Shown here piece after piece: positions 18,192-25,807 of a DNA stretch of 64,000 nt. A program made the translations under genes and the position numbers. Within the stretch, counting starts at the first letter, position 1. The number at the start of each line of letters is the position of its first letter. A model generated the notes under the pieces. That model was not told the origin of the DNA, made no database searches, and worked only from the letters and a program-made list of their open reading frames with translations. Source of the stretch: Candidatus Limnocylindrales bacterium (GTDB taxonomy: Bacteria > Moduliflexota > Moduliflexia > Moduliflexales > JAUQPW01); assembly GCA_035559535.1 (NCBI GenBank), contig DATMBG010000021.1:1-64000 (forward strand), written 5' to 3'.

Positions 18192-18797
18192 ATGAAACAA
18201 CATCCTATTTTTGCAGCTACCTATAACTGGATTATGATTCCGCAAGAGTGGTTGGGTCTTGGGAAGCAGAGACAAAAAGTGGTCTCGGCTGCAAAGGGAA
18301 AAGTCTTAGAACTGGGGATTGGAACGGGATTAAACCTTCCTTATTATCGGGACGTCGAGAAAGTCGTAGGGATTGATCCAGAACCCCATATGCTTGAAAG
18401 GGCCTATAGGGAGTTAAAAAGGGCTTCCGTATCAGTTGAGCTTATCCGGTGTAGTGCCGAAGACCTTCCCTTCAAAAATTCTAGCTTTGATACGGTTATA
18501 TCAACGTTGGTCTTCTGTTCAATTCCGGAGGTAGATAAAGCAACCAGAGAAGTTCATAGGGTCTTAAAACCTGCCGGAACCTTTAGATTTCTGGAGCATG
18601 TCAGGACCAAAACCCCGATTTTGGCTAAAGTTCAGGATGCCTTAACTCCGGGTTGGAAAAAACTCTGTGCCGGTTGTCATCTGAATCGGGAGACTCTGTC
18701 CATTTTCCGACGAAACGGTTTTGAGATTATGGAATTACAGAGCGTCGTATACGATGTGGTATTACGAGGTATGGCTAAACCCCAGAGGATCTCCTAA
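18192..18797 (+). CDS. Class I SAM-dependent methyltransferase (METTL7/YtbB-like)
   Basis: VLELGIGTG, AEDLPF..SFDTV, FCSI, RVLKPAG, FLEH, GCHLNR; start at ATG 18192. Confidence 0.9.
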   Translation: MKQHPIFAATYNWIMIPQEWLGLGKQRQKVVSAAKGKVLELGIGTGLNLPYYRDVEKVVGIDPEPHMLERAYRELKRASVSVELIRCSAEDLPFKNSSFDTVISTLVFCSIPEVDKATREVHRVLKPAGTFRFLEHVRTKTPILAKVQDALTPGWKKLCAGCHLNRETLSIFRRNGFEIMELQSVVYDVVLRGMAKPQRIS

Positions 18798-18872
18798 CGA
18801 AAGGGAAATGAAATTTTTCCGAAATAAATCTTCCGGAATCCCGACCCAGAGAGAATTCCGGATTCAAAAGGA

Positions 18873-18900
18873 GTAGGGACGACCAGCCGGTCATCCCTAC
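18873..18900. repeat. GTAG-type REP palindrome between convergent genes
   Basis: GTAGGGACGACC-AGCC-GGTCATCCCTAC (12-bp arms, one mismatch). Confidence 0.75.
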
Positions 18901-18951
18901 AAGAGCTTATCCGGTCTATGGGATCAGAGGGGGTAGGTAGGGTAAAACGCA

Positions 18952-19281
18952 TTATCGGAGAGGATGTCCTGCTCCACCTGTGCCGGAAGCCTGTCCCCCG
19001 CCCATTGCTTTACCGGTGCCGGTAGCACTCCCTTTGCCAATAGCAATTCCCCTACCAGAAACGGTGCCGGTTCCTTTTTTAGCACGGACTTTACCGTGAT
19101 TACCTCGATAGATAACCATTCCGGTACCGCTGGCACTACCTGTACCCAGGGTTGTACCACCACCATGAATACTGCCGGTTCCCCGAACTCCGCCTCTTCC
19201 ACTCACTTCACCGGCCATAACCGGAACAGAGAATATAGCCAACAAAACTACCATACATATGGCTATAAGCATTCTTTTCAT
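18952..19281 (-). CDS. Secreted Gly-rich (GxGxxx)n repeat protein, paralog 1
   Basis: AGGAGG SD, signal peptide ending PVMA, hexad repeats GTGSIH GGGTTL GTGSAS GTGMVI. Confidence 0.8.
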   Translation of the reverse strand: MKRMLIAICMVVLLAIFSVPVMAGEVSGRGGVRGTGSIHGGGTTLGTGSASGTGMVIYRGNHGKVRAKKGTGTVSGRGIAIGKGSATGTGKAMGGGQASGTGGAGHPLR

Positions 19282-19648
19282 AAGGCACCTCCTATTTATA
19301 TTGGGTGAAATTTACCTGAATTCCCTTGTAAGTAACCCATCGTAAACCTTTGTAATAAATTCCCAAACAATCAGTAGAAGCGAGTTTCTACCCTATCTCT
19401 ATTCCCACGACTACGAGGGTAGAAATCTTAAAATTATTCAGGATCGTTTGTTTATTACCTCAGCCTTTTTTCAACCTGAGTAAGATCATTCTACTTTAGA
19501 ATGACGTACTGACCTGAAAAAGGTTCCCAATAAATTATCTTGGCCGGAGATGCAGGTTAAAAAAGTTCTCAGATTCTACCAGTCCTGATTCGGACAAACC
19601 GGTTGAATAAATAAACCTGAGAGGAAAAGCCATCGGTAAGAGAGGAAG

Positions 19649-19673
19649 TGCAGCGGAACAGACATCCGCTGCA
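19649..19673 (-). terminator. 9-bp perfect hairpin downstream of the 19721-20173 gene
   Basis: TGCAGCGGA-ACAGACA-TCCGCTGCA followed by a pyrimidine run on the minus strand. Confidence 0.45.
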
Positions 19674-19720
19674 GCTCAGGATCAGGTGGGTTTCATCTTT
19701 CCATAAAAATTTAAGTGGAG

Positions 19721-20173
19721 TTATTGCTTAGTATTGCTCGTTGATCCAGTATTTCCGGTTTCTGTAGTTGTTCCGGTATCGGTACCTGTATGGGAGTCAC
19801 CATGATGTCTGGGATTACCGGCTGTACCCGTCCCCGTGGCAGCCCCTTTACCTGCTGCAGTACCCTTACCGGAAGTAGTACCTTTACCTATGGCAACGCC
19901 TTGACCAGAAACACTTCCTTTTCCCTTCTTAGCATGAACCGTAGTTTTCTTCTTACCTTTTCGAGTCCGTTTCTTACTTTTGTAAACTACGACGCCGGTC
20001 CCCGTGGCACCTCCAGTCCCCTTGGTTATTCCCGTACCTTCGGTGGTACCTGTACCCTTCGCACCGCCGGTTCCGGTTACTGTATTTCCGGTTTCCGTAT
20101 TCTGAGCTATACCAGGAACAGAAGACGCAGCCATTAGGGCTGCCATGGATATTGCAATCACGGTTTTCTTCAT
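19721..20173 (-). CDS. Secreted Gly/Thr-rich (GxGxxx)n repeat protein, paralog 2
   Basis: AAGGAGG SD, signal peptide, GTGGAK GTGTTE GTGITK GTGGAT GTGVVV; aligns with 18952-19281. Confidence 0.8.
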   Translation of the reverse strand: MKKTVIAISMAALMAASSVPGIAQNTETGNTVTGTGGAKGTGTTEGTGITKGTGGATGTGVVVYKSKKRTRKGKKKTTVHAKKGKGSVSGQGVAIGKGTTSGKGTAAGKGAATGTGTAGNPRHHGDSHTGTDTGTTTETGNTGSTSNTKQ

Positions 20174-20662
20174 AACTTACCTCCTTGGAGGGCCCGAGAA
20201 AAAACGCCGAAGGTTTTTAATCCGGCCCTTGTTTTAATTCTCCTGAAAACGGAATAACACCAGCTCAAAAGACGTAATCCTTTGAGAAAAGTTTCTATAC
20301 CTGTTGGGAATTATCACTCAAGACCTTATCCAACAGATATCTAAAACCCTCTCTGGGGATACCCAAAAGGGTTTGCATCTTTTCGACTTTCCTTACTCCG
20401 TTTCAACAACTTAAAAATTATCTACCCGGTGTACGAGCTAGGCTAACTAGAAAACATAACATCTTGTCCGTAGCCTGGTTTCAGACTCCTTCTGGGAACA
20501 TACCTCCATCAGGCTCTCTGCTCCGAATCCCCTTTACGACCAGGCAAAGTTTCTGAATCTACCTTTTAAGGTAGAACCCGGGAGCGAGAAAAACTGGTCA
20601 CGGATCGAAATGTCAGGTTTAGCGTGTATTTTTTAATTCTTTTAGTCTTAAGTTTATTTAAT

Positions 20663-20691
20663 TTGACAATATGGAATTACTAGCTTAAACT
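20663..20691 (+). promoter_or_regulatory. Sigma70-type promoter of the ferritin-like gene
   Basis: TTGACA-17 bp-TAAACT. Confidence 0.6.
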
Positions 20692-20771
20692 CATAGACTA
20701 AAATATCATAAAAAATACAACTACTGAGAATCTGGTATCATTTAGAATCTGAGTCAAGGAGAAAGATAAGT

Positions 20772-21431
20772 ATGGATATAGAAACTTTTGTAAAAGAACT
20801 GGAAGCGTCTAACAATGAACTCTTAGATCAGCTAAGGGCTATGGATGCCCGTAAAGCTTTTGGAGAAGGAAATCTGGATGTTAGAGACCTTTTAAAAATT
20901 GCCCTTAAAAACGAGATCGAGGCTGCAGAAATTGCGGCCAGGTGGATAGGAACTACCCCTCAGGCGGAAGTAAAACTGGCCTTTGCTCGTCAGGTAGGTG
21001 ATGAAGCGAAGCATTACCGGTTAATCGAACAGCGACTCAAGGAGTTGGGGGTAGATCTTACCGGATTTGATCCTCTGGCCCAGGGATATAGCCTCCTGTT
21101 TCAGTATTTGACAACCCTTACAGATACCGTTGAACGTGTAGCCGCAGGACAATTTACCCGAGAATCGATTGCCCTTATTAAGAACCAACAATTCATTGAT
21201 TTTTGCGAATCTATAGGAGATCAGGCAACCGCCGGTCTTTACCGGGATATCATCCAACCGGATGAGCGGTTTCACCACGAGCTGGGTCGACGTCTTTTGC
21301 TAAAATACGCTTTAACGCCTGAACAGCAGGAACAGGCCCGACGTGCGGCGGCACGTACTTTAGAATTAGCCGAAGAACTCCAGGACCTTGCCTGGACCAG
21401 GGCCAGGATCCATCACGCCCCGGGATGCTGA
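20772..21431 (+). CDS. Ferritin-like di-iron four-helix protein
   Basis: NEIEAAE, QVGDEAKHY, RESIA, PDERFHH (two ExxH motifs). Confidence 0.85.
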   Translation: MDIETFVKELEASNNELLDQLRAMDARKAFGEGNLDVRDLLKIALKNEIEAAEIAARWIGTTPQAEVKLAFARQVGDEAKHYRLIEQRLKELGVDLTGFDPLAQGYSLLFQYLTTLTDTVERVAAGQFTRESIALIKNQQFIDFCESIGDQATAGLYRDIIQPDERFHHELGRRLLLKYALTPEQQEQARRAAARTLELAEELQDLAWTRARIHHAPGC

Positions 21432-21438
21432 GAGGTTT

Positions 21439-23649
21439 TTAGATCGGTTCTGAAGGCTCAATCCACTTTCCATGGGCTTTAATAAGCTCGATCAACTTTT
21501 CGTCGGCAACTTCTTCGGGTATGTTTCGGGCCACCCGTTCTTTCCCGACATAGAGATCTACCCGCCTGGGGCCTGATCCAACATATCCAAAATCGGCATC
21601 AGCCATCTCACCTGGACCATTAACAATACATCCCATGATGGCGATTTTAACCCCTTTAAGGTGGGACATCTTAGACTTAATACGTTGGGTGGTAGTTTGG
21701 AGATCGAACTGGGTGCGACCGCAAGATGGGCAGGATATAAAATCGGTTCGAGATATTCGCAATCGGGTAGCCTGAAGCAAATTATAACTCACTTCAAGGG
21801 CTTCGAGAGGATCATCGTATCCGGCTATCTGGATGGCATCGCCGATTCCATCGCATAGCAGAGAACCCAATATCACCGAAGCCTCCAGGAGAGGATCTTC
21901 AGTTTCAGGAGTCGGACTATACCTTAAAAGGAGGGGAACGTCCATTCCCGAAAAATCCAATTTATCAACAAGCTTACGGTAGGCAAAGATCATTTGAGAG
22001 GTTTTCAGAGAGATAAGAACATTCTCATAATTCTGATCCAGACCCAGTCCAACAAGCTGATAGCACGTCTCTACAAGACCTTCGAGGGTTTTTCCATGGG
22101 TCTTTAAGATAAACTCAGGAATCTGGGCTTCATCAACATCCCATTGAATCGTCCTCTGATACGTCTTGGCCAACTGGATATACGGTAGAATCCGAGATTT
22201 CCAATCTGAGCTGGATCCTTCTGGATCAGGACTCAGGTTGATTTTATCAACCTCTGGAAGAATACGACAGATAGGATCCGGATCTATCAGATGAGGAGAA
22301 ATTTTAAGGGCCAGAGGGACTCGACCCGAAACCATGGGCCCGGTTTCCGATTGAATAAGGGGAAGGGATAAGGACCTGGAACCCTGAAGGTTTCTTCGAA
22401 TTTCTGTTACATAATCTATTTCTATGTCCTTTTCCAGGGAAAGCTGAATAATCTCAGAAGGTGGACAGTTTTTGGACTTCGGATTTAGAAGTCGGTCCAT
22501 TTGCTGTAAGGTAGCTTCTACATCTGAAATCGGCGTTGTAACGGCAATTTCTACCCGGATCGGATGGGTATTTCCGAGTTTAAGACCGTTTAAATCCAGT
22601 TCCCGGGTTTTACGACGGGAGTAAGTGTAAGGATTTCGTAGGGAAGCAGGCATAGGGGAAAGTAGGGGTTTGGGAGAAGAGAGAACAATGGGCGTCCTGG
22701 CCTCTCTATCTTTATGGTCTTCTTCCTCCATCTTTCCGTACTTCCTTACTTTCTCGAGCAAATCATTATACTTCTTAACCAAAGCATAGGCCACAGGAAT
22801 TTCTGCAACCGGATCTTCCGTTAAAGAGACGCGAATGGTATCTCCGATCCCATCTTCCAACAGGGAACCGATTCCAACGGCGGATTTCATACGTCCATCC
22901 ACCCCATCCCCGGCCTCCGTCACACCCAGATGAAAAGGATAATCCATTCCCAATTCAGCCATCCTGGCAGCCAACAACCGATAAGCCTGGATCATAATCA
23001 GAGGATTGGAAGCTTTCATGGATAGAACCAGATCCCGGTATCCATATTTTTCACAGATTCGTACAAATTCCAGAGCAGATTCTACCATGCCCTCCGGAGT
23101 ATCCCCATAGCGGTTCATGATCCGATCTGAAAGGGAACCATGATTGGTTCCGATCCTCATGGCAACTCCATATTGTTTAGCTTTTAAAACTAAGGGTTTA
23201 AATTGGGTCTCTAACCGTTCCAATTCCCGGGCGTATTCGCTATCGCTGTATTCTTTTTGCTCAAAGTGTTTCCGATCTGCATAATTTCCCGGATTAATTC
23301 GAACCTTCTCCACATACTCTACAGCTTTTAAGGCAGCATTCGGGGTAAAATGGATATCTGCTACCAGCGGAACTTTAATACCCCGCTCTCGTAAAGCGGC
23401 TTTAATATTTTTCAGGTTTTCAGCATCGGCCAGAGAAGGCACCGTTACCCGGACGATTTCACAGCCGGCTTCCACCAATCGGATGATTTGATCCACCGTG
23501 GCAATGGTATCCTTTGTATCCGTGGTAGTCATGGACTGAACCCGAATAGGATAATTTCCCCCAAGGGGAACATCCCCCACATAAACAACTCTTGTTTTTC
23601 GGCGATAATAGGTATAAGGGTCTTGACAATAAGGTAAGATGTTAATCAT
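21439..23649 (-). CDS. ispG: (E)-4-hydroxy-3-methylbut-2-enyl-diphosphate synthase, long three-domain type
   Basis: VQSMTTT, LVADIHF, RINPGN, GTNHGSLS, HLGVTEAG, ISCPSCGRT, MGCIVNGPGEM; large internal insertion domain; start uncertain (23649 or 23691). Confidence 0.95.
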   Translation of the reverse strand: MINILPYCQDPYTYYRRKTRVVYVGDVPLGGNYPIRVQSMTTTDTKDTIATVDQIIRLVEAGCEIVRVTVPSLADAENLKNIKAALRERGIKVPLVADIHFTPNAALKAVEYVEKVRINPGNYADRKHFEQKEYSDSEYARELERLETQFKPLVLKAKQYGVAMRIGTNHGSLSDRIMNRYGDTPEGMVESALEFVRICEKYGYRDLVLSMKASNPLIMIQAYRLLAARMAELGMDYPFHLGVTEAGDGVDGRMKSAVGIGSLLEDGIGDTIRVSLTEDPVAEIPVAYALVKKYNDLLEKVRKYGKMEEEDHKDREARTPIVLSSPKPLLSPMPASLRNPYTYSRRKTRELDLNGLKLGNTHPIRVEIAVTTPISDVEATLQQMDRLLNPKSKNCPPSEIIQLSLEKDIEIDYVTEIRRNLQGSRSLSLPLIQSETGPMVSGRVPLALKISPHLIDPDPICRILPEVDKINLSPDPEGSSSDWKSRILPYIQLAKTYQRTIQWDVDEAQIPEFILKTHGKTLEGLVETCYQLVGLGLDQNYENVLISLKTSQMIFAYRKLVDKLDFSGMDVPLLLRYSPTPETEDPLLEASVILGSLLCDGIGDAIQIAGYDDPLEALEVSYNLLQATRLRISRTDFISCPSCGRTQFDLQTTTQRIKSKMSHLKGVKIAIMGCIVNGPGEMADADFGYVGSGPRRVDLYVGKERVARNIPEEVADEKLIELIKAHGKWIEPSEPI

Positions 23650-23729
23650 AGAAACGAGAATCAGGATCAGCCTCCAGGAACCGGAATTCAAAACATTCTG
23701 ATCCCTGAGCCCTTATCTTTAGATCACCT

Positions 23730-24566
23730 TTAATTGGTACTTGCAATGAGCTTCCGAAGTACCTGAATATGTCCTTGAATGATATCTCTATCCGGTGCAT
23801 CGGGTACCATTTTTACATATCGCTCCAAATCCGCCAATGCCTGGACGTAGCGCTCCAGATTGTAGTACAATAACCCCCGATCTCGGATCTCCTGAGGATG
23901 GTTAGGATTAATAAGAAGAATGCGCTCGATAGCCGAAAAGGCTTTGGAATAGTTTTGCTCGCGAATATAAATTCCCTTAAGGTTTTGGAGCACTCGAGTT
24001 AAGATCTGTTTTTTAGTAACTATCGCCAGAAACTGCTCCTGAAACAAGAGGGCACCACCATAAATCTGATCTAACCGGGTCTGGCAGTCTGCATAAGAAA
24101 GAATGGCTCCTTTATTAAAGGGATCGATAAGGATTTCTCCACTTTCAGAGGGACTCTTAACCAGGAAATGCCCGGGAAAACCGACCCCAAAGACCGGGAA
24201 TTCGATCCTGCGCCCGATTTCCATGTATAAGATAGAAAGGAGGATAGGAATACCTGTCTTCCGGTCCAATACCTGGTTCAAAAAACTGTTTCGAGGATCG
24301 TAATAGTTTTCTGTATTGCCGGTAAATCCCTCCTCCTCAAAGAGATACCGGTTCATGGTTTGAATAATCCCTAAGGGGCTATGAATCCCTTCCAACCAGT
24401 TTCTGACTTCCTCAGCCATCCTATCTAATCTTCGAAGATATTTCTCTACCTCCAGATCCGGATATTCTTCCCTGGCAATGAGGAGAGCAGCTCTATCCAG
24501 CTCAATCTCGCCTTCAGAACGCCGCATCATCTCGACAAAGAGCTGACGGGTGCTGATAGATTGCAT
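23730..24566 (-). CDS. SirB1 / transglutaminase-like core + TPR protein
   Basis: YYDPRNSFLNQVLDRKTGIPI, GVGFPGHFLV, IDPFNKG, RDRGL. Confidence 0.9.
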   Translation of the reverse strand: MQSISTRQLFVEMMRRSEGEIELDRAALLIAREEYPDLEVEKYLRRLDRMAEEVRNWLEGIHSPLGIIQTMNRYLFEEEGFTGNTENYYDPRNSFLNQVLDRKTGIPILLSILYMEIGRRIEFPVFGVGFPGHFLVKSPSESGEILIDPFNKGAILSYADCQTRLDQIYGGALLFQEQFLAIVTKKQILTRVLQNLKGIYIREQNYSKAFSAIERILLINPNHPQEIRDRGLLYYNLERYVQALADLERYVKMVPDAPDRDIIQGHIQVLRKLIASTN

Positions 24567-24576
24567 CAGTTAAGTA

Positions 24577-24787
24577 GGGGAGTGTGGGAGTGTGGGAGGA
24601 TGGGGGTGTGGGAGTGTGGGAGTGTGAAAGCAGGAAATTTTTTGTGGTAACGTCGCGTTAGCTGTTTATGGGATAAAAGAAAATATGGAGGTGAGGAGTA
24701 CATTTATACTCTTACATCCCCATCCTTCCCTACTTCCACACCTCCACACTCCCACACCCCCATCCTCCCACACTTCCACATTTCCAC
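24577..24787. repeat. Inverted arrays of the octamer GGGAGTGT forming a long nested hairpin
   Basis: Perfect 31-bp inverted repeat 24589-24619 / 24744-24774, plus an inner inverted pair at about 24685-24723. Confidence 0.9.
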
Positions 24788-25477
24788 CTAGAATAATTTT
24801 TCTGCTTCTTCTATATTATAGCTCTCTAGACTGGGAATGACCAGATCAGCACCGGCAGATTTAAGAGCTTCTTCGGAATAGGTATTCAAAACGGCTAAGC
24901 ATTTCATCTGGGCACTTTTGCTGGCCTGAACTCCGGCTAAAGAATCTTCAATAACCAGACATTGGGAAGGACGAATAAGAGGGGCTGTTTTCATAATTTC
25001 TTGATTAATTTTTTTTAATGCCTTAAGGAAGCCCTGGGGATGAGGTTTGCTATGTTCGATGTCCTCAGCGCTTACAATAACTTTAAATTTATCCCGGATC
25101 CGCGCAGCTTCCAGTACAAACTCTATCTCGTTTCGCAAAGCTCCAGACGCAATAGCTGTTATATACTTTTCTGCCGTCTTTGTTATAAAATTGACCACCC
25201 CGGGGAACAAAATCAGATGATGATGTAACTGTTCCTGATAATACCCAGCCTTACGTTGGGCCAGGTTTTCAATCCATGCAGGATCCAAGGGTAAGTTCAG
25301 ATCCTTCAAAATAGCCCGAAAGGCATCTAGGTCATCATAGCCCAGATATCTGGCATAAAAAGCCTCTCGGGTTAGAGGGATTCCTTCTTCCTCTAAAACC
25401 TTTCGAGTTGTTTCGTAGTGCATCCCTTCGGTATCTACAATAGTACCATCAAAATCAAAAATAACGGCTCTGAGCAA
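24788..25477 (-). CDS. HAD-superfamily phosphatase (CbbY/beta-PGM-like)
   Basis: FDFDGTIVDT motif I, SKPHP, VIEDS..G. Confidence 0.92.
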   Translation of the reverse strand: MLRAVIFDFDGTIVDTEGMHYETTRKVLEEEGIPLTREAFYARYLGYDDLDAFRAILKDLNLPLDPAWIENLAQRKAGYYQEQLHHHLILFPGVVNFITKTAEKYITAIASGALRNEIEFVLEAARIRDKFKVIVSAEDIEHSKPHPQGFLKALKKINQEIMKTAPLIRPSQCLVIEDSLAGVQASKSAQMKCLAVLNTYSEEALKSAGADLVIPSLESYNIEEAEKLF

Positions 25478-25490
25478 GACTCTTCTAATC

Positions 25491-25615
25491 TTGAACCATG
25501 AAGATCACGAAAGGACATGAAAATTACGAAACAGGAAAAGGTCTATATAAGGTGGAGAAGAGGGATCTTTTCACATTTCGTAGGCTTTGGTTTTTTCGCG
25601 CTCTTTATGGTCCAA
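25491..25615. repeat. Inverted degenerate 9-mer (xxxCACGAA) repeat element
   Basis: TTGAACCATGAAGATCACGAAA (25491-25512) matches the reverse complement of 25594-25615 at 18/22; related arm at 38882-38896. Confidence 0.65.
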
Positions 25616-25807
25616 ACACTCCTTACCACCTGGTCGTTTCTTTATATGTAAACAGGTATGAACATAAAGTATTCTTATCCCATCCGTCAATAGAAAAATA
25701 AACCCATCTTTAAAAGCATTTTTGGTCTAAACCATCTCCTTAGCGAAACTTTTCACCGGCTAGGGTTGCGGGAGGAGGAAGGAGGATTAAGGAGATAGCC
25801 CCCGATT

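Noticed and set aside
21426-21480. Ferritin-like gene ending PGC-TGA as a possible Cys-Sec motif
   Set aside because: No hairpin after the TGA, and read-through would run into the convergent ispG 3' end; most likely a true stop
25498-25701. 67-aa ORF in the track
   Set aside because: Mostly a translation of the inverted 9-mer repeat element; no recognisable protein features
25756-25805. CCGGCTAGGGTTGCG resembling the start of a guanidine-I riboswitch
   Set aside because: Downstream conserved elements are missing and it is on the wrong strand for the neighbouring genes
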